From the NCBI GenBank assembly GCA_016198745.1, contig JACQHZ010000291.1:819-64818 (forward strand): a DNA stretch of 64,000 nt, written 5' to 3'. This DNA comes from Verrucomicrobiota bacterium (GTDB lineage Bacteria; Verrucomicrobiota; Verrucomicrobiia; JABWAM01). Below the pieces are notes generated by a model that was not told the origin of the DNA, made no database searches, and was given only the letters and a program-made list of their open reading frames with translations. How positions within the stretch are numbered: the stretch's first letter is position 1; each line of letters opens with the position of its first letter. Both the position numbers and the translations under genes were made by a program. This document shows positions 1-8,272 of the stretch, piece after piece.

Positions 1-779
1 TTTTCGCTGGACTTGCTGCATCCGGTGTAGATACCCGGAATGGCGCACCAACATGCGATGAATACAAATCCCATTATTCTCCGTAAAATTGATAAAGGGG
101 CCACATCCAAACAATTGCGCCTCCGAATCGAGCAGTCAAGCCGCAACAAAGTTTCTAAGTTTCTTGTCAAGCGCGGGCCGCGTCGCAGACGGGGTGGTAA
201 TGCACCCAGTTTTCAGCTTTTCAGCCGCGTCTCCCGCTTGAGACCGCTGGCGACAGCGGTTATCCTGATCATATGAACGAATCATTTTCCTATCGTGATA
301 GGGCCCCAACCAAGAACCACAGAAAATAACCACAAAGAGGCACAAAATGCACAAGTCGTTTACCAAATCACTTTTTCCAGAGTGGGACAGGCACCCGCCT
401 GCCAATCGGCGGGCAGGTCTTGCTGATAGGAATTTTGATTCTGGCGCTGGGTTGGGGCGGGACGGAGTTGGAAGCCCAAATTCGGCGCCCGGTGTCCTGC
501 TTGTCACCCCCTTGGAGGGTGGCGGGAGGCGATTGCCCGCCGGGGCGAGGTCTCGTGGGAACGGACGGGACGTCGGAGCGGGCACCACCCCAAAGGGGTG
601 GCAGGCAGGCACGCTGAAACCGGGATTCTTCCAGGAAAGGAGGTTTTCGATGATGTCGGGGGAAAGTGCGCCCCGCGCTCGTCCTGGCACGAGTCCTGTG
701 TGCGACGCGCGGGGGGGCAAGCATCCGTTTGTGCGAAGGTCAGCCTTGCTTTTTATCCGCAAAATCGTAGTTTAGAACT

Positions 780-998
780 ATGGAAAAGAAAGTGGCAGGA
801 ATTTACGAAAACGGGGTCGTGCGATTGATCAATCCGGTCGAAGTTCCCGCCGGCACACGGGTTGATGTGGTTTTTGAGCAACCAGTTGAAAAGAAAGCAA
901 ATGTCCTCGATTTCGCCGGCATGCTTTCCGATTTGACCCAGGGGGAATGGGAGCGGTTTCAAAACGCTGTCCGTCGCCGCCCGCTTTTTGGAAATTAG
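780..998 (+). CDS. Small antitoxin-like protein (DUF104/VapB-like); likely antitoxin of a degraded VapBC-type pair
   Basis: 72-aa ORF. The N-terminus (MEKKVAGIYENGVVRLINPVEVPAGTRVDVVFEQ) resembles DUF104-family antitoxins. It is followed immediately by a PIN-like remnant. Confidence 0.5.
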   Translation: MEKKVAGIYENGVVRLINPVEVPAGTRVDVVFEQPVEKKANVLDFAGMLSDLTQGEWERFQNAVRRRPLFGN

Positions 999-1001
999 CC
1001 C

Positions 1002-1094
1002 ATGCCTGACATTCCGCGGTGTCTGTTCGATACCAACATTCTCGTCTCTCATTTTCGGGGTCATGAGGGGGTGGCGAGTCGCATGGCGGAATAG
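1002..1094 (+). pseudogene. Truncated PIN-domain (VapC-like) toxin remnant
   Basis: A short ORF starts a few nt after the antitoxin stop and reads MPDIPRCLFDTNILVSHFRGHEGVASRMAE then stops. FDTNILV is the characteristic PIN N-terminal strand carrying the first acidic residue. Only about 30 codons remain. Coordinates are approximate to within 1-2 nt. Confidence 0.4.
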
Positions 1095-1204
1095 GTTGGG
1101 ATGCCGGCGATCATACCGGGCACGACGTCGTCGCGATCAAGGACGCTCCGGTAGATATCGAGCACGGTCTGCCAAGCGCAGCGGGCCATTTTGCCAAGCA
1201 GGGA

Positions 1205-1969
1205 ATGATCGAATCCGAAATAACTCCGCAGGATGTTTTCGACTACCCGTTGGCCGACATTGAAGCGGATTATCGTTACGAACAGGTTGACCGGCAGATC
1301 AGGGAAATTCAATCGCGGGGCTTGTGCGCGACCGCGTGGATGGCCTGCACGGTTTTCGAGATTGCCTGGTATATGCGGAGCATGGAAATGCTGCTGATGG
1401 ATTTCGTCGATAACCAGGAGTTTGCCGAGGCGCTGCTCGATCGGATCACGGCGAAACGCGAGACGCAGGCGCGCCGCTACGCGGAACTGGGCGCCGACGT
1501 GGTCTGCCTTGGAGACGACGTGGCTTCGCAGCGCGGAATGTTGATGAGCGCGGCCATGTGGCGCCGCTGGTTGAAGCCGCGGCTGGCCCGCGTCGTCGCC
1601 GCCGCCAAGGCGGCGAGACCGGATGTGCTGGTTTTGTACCATAGCTATGGGGATGTGACCTCAATCATTCTCGATCTGATCGAGATCGGCGTTGATATTT
1701 TGAATCCGGTTCAACCCGAGTGCATGGATCCGGTTGCCATCAAAAAGAAGTACGGCGAGCGTCTTTCCTTTTGGGGAACGATTGGAACGCAGACCACGAT
1801 GCCATTCGGGACTCCCGAAGACGTGCGCCGGGAGATTTGCGCGCGGATCGAAACGGTGGGCAAAGGTGGGGGGCTTTTGATTGCTCCAACGCACGTTGTC
1901 GAGCCGGAAGTGCCCTGGGAAAACATTCTGGCCTTCGCCGAGGCCGTGAAGGAGTTTGGGCGTTACTAA
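1205..1969 (+). CDS. Uroporphyrinogen decarboxylase (URO-D)/MtaA-MtbA methyltransferase family protein, C-terminal roughly 250 aa only (N-terminally truncated, possible pseudogene)
   Basis: The 254-aa ORF aligns by eye to the C-terminal two thirds of URO-D family proteins (LGDDVASQ, WGTIGTQTTMPFGTPEDVRREI, LIAPTHVVEPEVPWENILAFAEA). Family members are about 340 aa. No in-frame upstream start would supply the missing N-terminal 90-100 aa. Confidence 0.5.
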   Translation: MIESEITPQDVFDYPLADIEADYRYEQVDRQIREIQSRGLCATAWMACTVFEIAWYMRSMEMLLMDFVDNQEFAEALLDRITAKRETQARRYAELGADVVCLGDDVASQRGMLMSAAMWRRWLKPRLARVVAAAKAARPDVLVLYHSYGDVTSIILDLIEIGVDILNPVQPECMDPVAIKKKYGERLSFWGTIGTQTTMPFGTPEDVRREICARIETVGKGGGLLIAPTHVVEPEVPWENILAFAEAVKEFGRY

Positions 1970-2030
1970 GAAATCAGTCTTTAAGGCAACACTTCGCCTG
2001 GGAAATGTACCCAAACTTCGATATATAGCG

Positions 2031-2145
2031 TCTTGACAAATCGCTGAATCTCTGATACGTATCAGATGAAATTCAGGAAAATATATTCATGAATTTTCGA
2101 CAATTTTCAATCTTGACACGCGACTGATTCTTTGATACGTAGCAG
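2031..2145 (+). promoter_or_regulatory. Tandem promoter/operator elements (two 35-bp direct repeats 80 bp apart)
   Basis: Repeat 1 at 2031-2065 is TCTTGACAAATCGCTGAATCTCTGATACGTATCAG. Repeat 2 at 2111-2145 is TCTTGACACGCGACTGATTCTTTGATACGTAGCAG. Identity is 27/35. Each has TTGACA, a 17-nt spacer and TACGTA. Repeat 1 contains a perfect 14-bp palindrome CTGATACGTATCAG; repeat 2 has an imperfect copy. The region is AT-rich and lies 20-130 bp upstream of the 2164 gene. Confidence 0.45.
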
Positions 2146-2163
2146 TTTTTAAACTCAAGCCTC

Positions 2164-3033
2164 ATGAGCAAAGAAAGCGACAACATGAAAACAAAACTCA
2201 TTGACAAGCCATCCCGTCTTGGCGGGACTAATTTTTCTGTCTTGAAAAGTTTTGCAAGTGATCCCGCCGCCAGCGGCATGACTTTAATAGAACTGCTTGT
2301 GGTGATCGCAATCGTTTCGATCCTGGCAGCGCTGTTGATGCCGGCGCTGAAACAGGCGCGAGAGACAGCGCAACGGACGGTCTGTGCGAACAACTTGAGA
2401 CAAATCGGTGTCGCCTCGTTAATTTATGCAGGGGATTCTGACGGTTGGATGTTCCGCTCAGGTGGTTGTGATACCGGCATAATAATCGATGGCGGTGTCA
2501 GCCCGGAACAATATTTTGGAAAGTTGCGCGTCTTGATTTGTCCGACATCTAAACTCGCCAGCGACCCTTATACCTACGCTAAATTGGGTGTTTTTTTTTC
2601 CAACAATAACTACACAGGCACGTCCTACCGGTGGTTCGGAACCAGGGGAAATTATGGAACTCCTTTGAGCAATACATACTTTAGACGCTTTGTCCATTAC
2701 ACCTATCCGCAGCAGGCGGGAGATTCAACCGAGGCGCCTTGCCCGAGCATCTGCGCTTTCAACAACAAGTTGAGTTGTCCCGAAACGGGCCAATCGGCTT
2801 ATATTCATGGTCCGGAACGTCAACCGATCGCATTTGATAATTACAACACAGCAAGCGATCGATGGATGGGTTTCAATAGCTTATGTCAGTGGCTGAACAA
2901 CCATCGGGGACAAGATGGACGGAGCAGCGGCATAAACATCGTGTTTTTCGATGGGCATGTCCAATGGGTCAACATCGGCAATGGCGTTCCGCGCGTGTGG
3001 CATCAGTGGGTTAATGACTGGGTGTATTGGTAG
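2164..3033 (+). CDS. Prepilin-type N-terminal cleavage/methylation-domain protein with C-terminal DUF1559 (H-X9-DG) domain; pseudopilin-like
   Basis: Contains [25 protein letters not shown] (class III signal / N_methyl motif). The C-terminal [13 protein letters not shown] matches the DUF1559 H-X9-DG signature. It is the first gene of the plus-strand operon. Confidence 0.8.
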   Translation: MSKESDNMKTKLIDKPSRLGGTNFSVLKSFASDPAASGMTLIELLVVIAIVSILAALLMPALKQARETAQRTVCANNLRQIGVASLIYAGDSDGWMFRSGGCDTGIIIDGGVSPEQYFGKLRVLICPTSKLASDPYTYAKLGVFFSNNNYTGTSYRWFGTRGNYGTPLSNTYFRRFVHYTYPQQAGDSTEAPCPSICAFNNKLSCPETGQSAYIHGPERQPIAFDNYNTASDRWMGFNSLCQWLNNHRGQDGRSSGINIVFFDGHVQWVNIGNGVPRVWHQWVNDWVYW

Positions 3034-3116
3034 CCGGCGGCATACAGGCCCTGCGCGACGCGTCGCGCGAGACAGTTCGCGAGATCGAAGACCGGGCGAC
3101 GAACCACACCAAGACC

Positions 3117-5741
3117 ATGAAGAAAAATCGAACCCTGACAATGGTATTATCCAGGTCCCTGGCGGGGGTTCTTCTATTTGCCGGTTGTGGCGCGCTCGGC
3201 TTGGATGCGGTGCGGACCCCCCTGGCTCAGGATGGCCGGGCGCTGATGCCCGTGATCGTGGGTGAGCAGGCCACGGTCCGGGTGCGTCAGGCCGCCGCGG
3301 AACTTCAGGCCTATCTACAGAGGATGAGCGGGGCCAGTTTCGAACTCAGCGTCGGCGATGGCACAACCGGCATTGCGGTGGGGACAGCCGGAGACTTTGC
3401 CAGTCTTCCTTTCGGCGATGCTTTGAAGGTTCAAGGCATGGTTGACCGCGAGCGGTATCTTTTGCGTTCTCATGCCCAGGGCGTGTACCTGATTGGGGCG
3501 ACGGAGCAAGGGGTGGAACATGCTGTGTGGGATTTCCTTTATCGGATAGGCTATCGGCAGTTTTTTCCGGGAGCAACCTGGGAAATTGCGCCTGAAATGC
3601 GGACGATCAACGTGCATCTCGATGTCGTCGAGAAACCAGACTACCATAATCGGAGCATTCGGTATGGGTGGGGCATGTGGGATTATAACAAGCAACCCTA
3701 TGCGGACTGGTGCCGTCGCAACCGGTCAGTTAAGGGATTTGCGCTTAGTCATGGCCATATGTACCAAGCGGTTGTCAGCGCTAACAAGGCGGTGTTTGAC
3801 GCGCATCCGGAGTATTACGCCCTGGTCAAGGGCAAGCGGTCGTCCGACAAAATGTGCCTGAGCAATCCCGAGGTGCGCAAACTGGTGGTGGAGTATGATC
3901 TGAAAACGTTGGCGTCAGCCCCCGCCCAAGAGTGCGTTTCGGTTGAGCCCAGTGACGGCGATGGCTGGTGCGAGTGTGCCGCCTGCGCGGCCATGGGCAG
4001 CATCAGCGACCGGGCCGTAACGCTGGCGAATGAAGTGGCGCAGGCCGTGGCCAAGAATTTTCCCGGCAAGCGCGTCGGCATGTACGCCTACAACCAGCAC
4101 TCGCCGCCGCCCACCATTACCATGGAAAAGAATATCGTGGTCAGCATAGCCACCGCTTTCATTACAGGAGGTTATACCGTTGAACAGTTGTTCGAACGCT
4201 GGGGGAAAATGGGAGGAACGCTTGGAGTTCGCGAGTATTATGGCCTCATCGTCGGGGACCGCGATCTGCCGGGCAAGGCGGTGGGAAGCAATATTGATTA
4301 TCTGCGCCGGAGCATTCCCCGGTTTCACCGCCAGGGGGCGCGATTCATGGATGCCGAGGCGAGTGACAATTGGGGGTGCAGCGGGTTGGGTTATTACCTC
4401 GCCTCACGGATGCTATGGGATATTACCGAGGCCGAACGTATAGAGGCGCTTAAAGAAGATTTCATCGAAAAATGTTTCGGTCCGGCTGCGGCGCCCATGC
4501 GGGACTTTTACAAGTTGATCGATGGCGGAAACAAACCGTTGTTTGGCGAAGACCTGATCGGGCGCATGTACCGTTTGCTGGGCGATGCCCGCGGGCGGGC
4601 GGGCGCCCCGGACATCTTGGCCCGCCTGCAAGCTCTGGTTCTCTACACCCGTTACGCGGAACTTTATTTTTATTACACCAATCCGGACGCCATTCCAGAA
4701 ACGGAACAAACCCATTATGCCGCGTTTGATCAAGGTGGTGAAAAGCCGCGCGCAACGCGCAGCTTGGCGGCCGAGGCGCTGGTTCGTCATGTCTATCGGA
4801 TTCGCCAGACCATGATGATTCATGCCTTGGGATTCTTACGCGAGTCGCGCATGATTGACAAGGAGTCCCGCCCTCCCGCCGAAGTTGATTGGAAAATCCC
4901 GGAAGGGAAAAACCCGTGGCGGTCGAGTGAGCCGTTCACCGAAGGGGAGATAAAAACCATCCTCGCCAACGGCATTGCCAACCACAAACTGCGCGAGTTC
5001 GAACCCGCGACCTTCGGTTCCGATCTGAAACCCGCCGATGGGCTGCGCGGCAATCTCAATGAGAAGGAAGGCGGGGGTCCACAATTCTACTTTCGTGGCG
5101 GTCGAGATGTGTTGACCTGGTTTGACAAGGCCCCGGCCGAGATGATGCTTTCAGTGACCGGTGGCGGAATTGTCGGTTACCGCTCGCGGGGGAATGCGCA
5201 GTTTTCCTTAAGATCTGGCGATGGACAAACCGTCTTTGACCAGGCGGAAGTGCCGCCGGATGGGAATCCGCACACGGTTGTGCTGAAGACGCCGCAGACG
5301 GGGTTGCATACCATTCGCATGCACGACCTGCACGTCGGAACCACCGTGAGATTCCCGGCAAACCTCCCGGTTGTCTTCGCTTGCGCCGCACCCGACGGGG
5401 TGACTTTTAACGAGAGCGTCAACGCGGCTTTTTATGTTCCCATAGGCGCCCGCACCATCGGTGGTTGTTATAGTGGCGGCGGGGACGCCGGCTGCGGACA
5501 TATTTGTCATCCAGATGGCAACATAGCCGAACGGCTGAAAAAGGCGGCGGCGTTTAAGGACTTCAACATCCCCGTGCCCAAGGGTGAAGATGGTAAAGTA
5601 TGGACGGTCCGGCAAGCGCGCGGCAGTTTTTTGCTGATGACGGTGCCGCCGTATCTGGCACTGGGCAACACGCCGATGCTGTTGCCGAAAGAAGTAGTTT
5701 CGGAAATTGAGTCGAACAGTCAGAAACATGATAAGAAGTAA
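3117..5741 (+). CDS. Secreted DUF4838-like protein (putative glycoside hydrolase, GH20/GH67-related fold)
   Basis: The long ORF 3027..5741 most plausibly starts at MKKNRTLTMVLSRSLAGVLLFAGCGA (3117), which gives a signal/lipoprotein-like N-terminus. The N-terminal region (RALMPVIVGEQATVRVRQAAAELQAYLQRMSGASFEL) resembles DUF4838 proteins common in glycan loci. Protein-like composition holds throughout. Confidence 0.5.
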   Translation: MKKNRTLTMVLSRSLAGVLLFAGCGALGLDAVRTPLAQDGRALMPVIVGEQATVRVRQAAAELQAYLQRMSGASFELSVGDGTTGIAVGTAGDFASLPFGDALKVQGMVDRERYLLRSHAQGVYLIGATEQGVEHAVWDFLYRIGYRQFFPGATWEIAPEMRTINVHLDVVEKPDYHNRSIRYGWGMWDYNKQPYADWCRRNRSVKGFALSHGHMYQAVVSANKAVFDAHPEYYALVKGKRSSDKMCLSNPEVRKLVVEYDLKTLASAPAQECVSVEPSDGDGWCECAACAAMGSISDRAVTLANEVAQAVAKNFPGKRVGMYAYNQHSPPPTITMEKNIVVSIATAFITGGYTVEQLFERWGKMGGTLGVREYYGLIVGDRDLPGKAVGSNIDYLRRSIPRFHRQGARFMDAEASDNWGCSGLGYYLASRMLWDITEAERIEALKEDFIEKCFGPAAAPMRDFYKLIDGGNKPLFGEDLIGRMYRLLGDARGRAGAPDILARLQALVLYTRYAELYFYYTNPDAIPETEQTHYAAFDQGGEKPRATRSLAAEALVRHVYRIRQTMMIHALGFLRESRMIDKESRPPAEVDWKIPEGKNPWRSSEPFTEGEIKTILANGIANHKLREFEPATFGSDLKPADGLRGNLNEKEGGGPQFYFRGGRDVLTWFDKAPAEMMLSVTGGGIVGYRSRGNAQFSLRSGDGQTVFDQAEVPPDGNPHTVVLKTPQTGLHTIRMHDLHVGTTVRFPANLPVVFACAAPDGVTFNESVNAAFYVPIGARTIGGCYSGGGDAGCGHICHPDGNIAERLKKAAAFKDFNIPVPKGEDGKVWTVRQARGSFLLMTVPPYLALGNTPMLLPKEVVSEIESNSQKHDKK

Positions 5742-5745
5742 TTGC

Positions 5746-6753
5746 ATGAGAGTTACTCATTCCGTAAATGGATTCCGAATGTTTGGGATGGTGGGCGCCA
5801 TGTTGTCGGCAAGGACGCCCTTGGTCATGGCGGCTGCCGAAGACCATTTTTGTCTCACGCGTGGTGGAAAGGCCAATTGTGATTTTGCGGCTTCCAAGCA
5901 GGTCCTGGACACGTTGAAGCAACTAACTGCCGAAATGATAGATTTTCGTCTGTATCCGGATCCTCCTGGCCCCGACCCTGTAGGGGATAAACATCCCGAA
6001 AATGAGGCGCGCGCTTTATGGTGGCGAACCTCTAATAACTATCTTAAGCGTTTCTGGTCGGCATGCGCCGAACAGGGAGTCGAGCGCGTGGCGGTCCGCT
6101 GCGAGCTTGTCGCCGGATGTCCGGACGAGTGGGACTTCCGGACCGACCCGAAGAATGTCGGCGAGTCGCTGGAATGGCATCGGGACGTCCGGATCGGCGG
6201 CGACTGGAAGCCGCTCAAGACCCTGACCGCGAGATGGAGCGATCAGGCACTTCACGACTACAAAGGCTTCGCATGGTATCGCATCGAAGTGGTGATTCCC
6301 AAGCAATTCGACGGGCGCAAGGTTTATTTGTGGTTTGGGGGTGTTGACGAGAACGCCACGGTATGGCTGAATGGCGGGTGTGTGGGCACGACCGCGGAAC
6401 CGGGTGGGGGTCTCCCCGGCGTGGCCGGCGCCTTCAAGCCGGTGGAGTTCGAGGTCAGCCAGGCCTTGCGCTTTGGCCAAGGCAATACCATCGCGGTCAA
6501 GGTCGAAAATAAGGTTCTTGACGAAATAGGCACCAGCGGCATCGTTGCTCCCGTCATGTTTTGGTCGCCACGAACAGGCCCAGCGGACAAGCAGAAGGAG
6601 AAGACCGATGACGGAATGAAGGTGTCCTGGCGACGCTCAGTCACGGGCAGTTGCACGGCCGAGACCGGGAAAATCGGTGCGTTTGAGGCATCGGCTTATC
6701 TGGCAAAGAATATGCAGATTCCCATCTATGCCAAGCCGGTAAAATTAAAATAA
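5746..6753 (+). CDS. Secreted protein with a GH2 N-terminal sugar-binding (galactose-binding-like) domain but no catalytic domain
   Basis: The ATG at 5746 overlaps the upstream stop at 5739-5741. There is a signal peptide (MRVTHSVNGFRMFGMVGAMLSARTPLVMAAA). The motif GFAWYRIEVVIPKQFDGRKVYLWFGGVDENATVWLNGGCVGT is the classic Glyco_hydro_2_N signature. At about 335 aa it is too short to carry a TIM barrel. Confidence 0.6.
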   Translation: MRVTHSVNGFRMFGMVGAMLSARTPLVMAAAEDHFCLTRGGKANCDFAASKQVLDTLKQLTAEMIDFRLYPDPPGPDPVGDKHPENEARALWWRTSNNYLKRFWSACAEQGVERVAVRCELVAGCPDEWDFRTDPKNVGESLEWHRDVRIGGDWKPLKTLTARWSDQALHDYKGFAWYRIEVVIPKQFDGRKVYLWFGGVDENATVWLNGGCVGTTAEPGGGLPGVAGAFKPVEFEVSQALRFGQGNTIAVKVENKVLDEIGTSGIVAPVMFWSPRTGPADKQKEKTDDGMKVSWRRSVTGSCTAETGKIGAFEASAYLAKNMQIPIYAKPVKLK

Positions 6754-6757
6754 AAAT

Positions 6758-8173
6758 ATGATTATTCGATCCATTCGCCGTGTAACCAACGACGCCCACC
6801 ACAATGCCTTCACGGGCGCCTGCTGGTTCAAAGGAAACCTTTTCATCGCTTATCGTCAGGGTGACGCGCACATATGCGACTTGGGTCGCATCGTTGTGCT
6901 TCGCAGCCGCGACGGCGGCGTGTCGTGGGACCACGTAGCGGTTTTACGCGGACCGGCCGACACGCGGGATGCCCATCTCTATACCGATGGAAGACGTCTC
7001 TATGCGGTCGCGTTTTGCTACTACTCAAAAAAGGAAAAGGGCAAGGAGACCGGCCAATCAGGTTGCGCTTCGACCGAGGACGGCGACATCTGGACGAAGT
7101 GGATCCCGTACCGGGGCGCGTCCAATTTCGTGTTATGGCGCCCCCAATTCCATCAAGGCAAACACTACTGCGCCGGCTATTGCTGGGACCTTAAGATCGG
7201 AGATGCGAAGCAGGAGGTTCATTGGTTTGAGAGCAAGGACGGAATGCGATGGATGCGCGTTCGCAAGTTGTTTGGCGGCCCAGAATCACCCAACGAATGT
7301 TTTCTCGACATTCGTCCCGATGGACGCGCCACCATGCTGATGCGTTGTGAACGGCGTGGACGCAATCCCTACCTTTGCATCAGCCGCCATCCATTCAAGA
7401 CCTGGAAAATGCAGAAACTCAACGACCTCTCGATCAGCGGTCCGTGCGTGTGGACCGTGGGCGAGGACGTGTACATCAGCGCCCGATGGTGGATTGCGGA
7501 CAAGGGACAACCTTTCGCGCACACCGCCATCTTCAAGATGGTGAAGGGCAAAGCACGGTTGCAGTGTGTCCTGCCGAGCGGGCCTGGCTACGATCATTCC
7601 TACATGGGGGTCGCGCAGCATCCTGAGAACAATCGCCGCTTCGCACTCAGTTTTTACAGCAATGGCATTGCTCCTGATGATCCACAGGTCAGCCAATGGG
7701 ATCATCCGGATATCTACCTTGCGGATGTTCTCTTCGACGCGGAGTATCTGCGGGATGGCTTTCTGGTTTCGAATCGAATTGTGTTGGAAGGCGGACTCCA
7801 ATCAGCAATCTGCCCCAATCCCGCCAACGCCTCGCTACAATTCCAAAAGGCGAAGGCAGGCGCGGAAATCCGTGATGCCGATTTCCTCGACGTAAGCGAT
7901 CACATCGAAGAAAAGCCCGGCGTCGTGTTCATCGTGCGTGACATCAAGATTGTCAGTGCCGACAAAGTCCGCGTCCATCTCGGCTATGACGGTCCTGTCA
8001 AGGCATGGTGGAACGGAGAGCAGATTTTCCATGGCCCTGGCGCCAATCCCGCGATCAAGGACCAGAAAACGCTCACCGTAAAGGCCCGCGACGGCGCCAA
8101 TCGCCTGGCCATCGCTCTTGACACCAACGGGGGAAAAGCCCATGGCGTTTTTGTGCGATGGGAACAAGCGTGA
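6758..8173 (+). CDS. BNR/Asp-box repeat beta-propeller protein (sialidase-like fold; glycoside hydrolase candidate)
   Basis: 471 aa. An Asp-box is present (SRDGGVSW). Composition is typical of GH33/GH93-like propellers. It follows the GH2-N protein with a 5-nt gap. Confidence 0.55.
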   Translation: MIIRSIRRVTNDAHHNAFTGACWFKGNLFIAYRQGDAHICDLGRIVVLRSRDGGVSWDHVAVLRGPADTRDAHLYTDGRRLYAVAFCYYSKKEKGKETGQSGCASTEDGDIWTKWIPYRGASNFVLWRPQFHQGKHYCAGYCWDLKIGDAKQEVHWFESKDGMRWMRVRKLFGGPESPNECFLDIRPDGRATMLMRCERRGRNPYLCISRHPFKTWKMQKLNDLSISGPCVWTVGEDVYISARWWIADKGQPFAHTAIFKMVKGKARLQCVLPSGPGYDHSYMGVAQHPENNRRFALSFYSNGIAPDDPQVSQWDHPDIYLADVLFDAEYLRDGFLVSNRIVLEGGLQSAICPNPANASLQFQKAKAGAEIRDADFLDVSDHIEEKPGVVFIVRDIKIVSADKVRVHLGYDGPVKAWWNGEQIFHGPGANPAIKDQKTLTVKARDGANRLAIALDTNGGKAHGVFVRWEQA

Positions 8174-8272
8174 TGCTCTTATCTGCGAGAACTAATGGAG
8201 TGCCGCTCAAATGCCTTTCCGATGTAGCGGGTTTTACCCCCGCCCGTGGGGTGTTTTGAAGGATATTCAAAA

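Noticed and set aside
40-775. Several 60-200-aa ORFs on both strands (40..276, 136..762, 347..775, 368..724, 420..617).
   Set aside because: Their amino-acid composition is dominated by Arg, Pro, Gly and Ser. They overlap each other in every frame, and none has a recognisable motif. This is the usual high-GC shadow-ORF behaviour.
280-780. RNase P RNA, SRP RNA or cobalamin riboswitch in the GC-rich non-coding stretch.
   Set aside because: The conserved cores (GAAAGUCCGGGCUCC for RNase P, the SRP domain IV motif, the B12 box GCCACUG) are not present.
8190-8250. Short hairpin ACCCC-GCCCGT-GGGGT followed by GTTTTG after gene 6758..8173, as a possible terminator.
   Set aside because: The stem is only 4-5 bp and the T-run is weak. 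It is too marginal to report as a feature.
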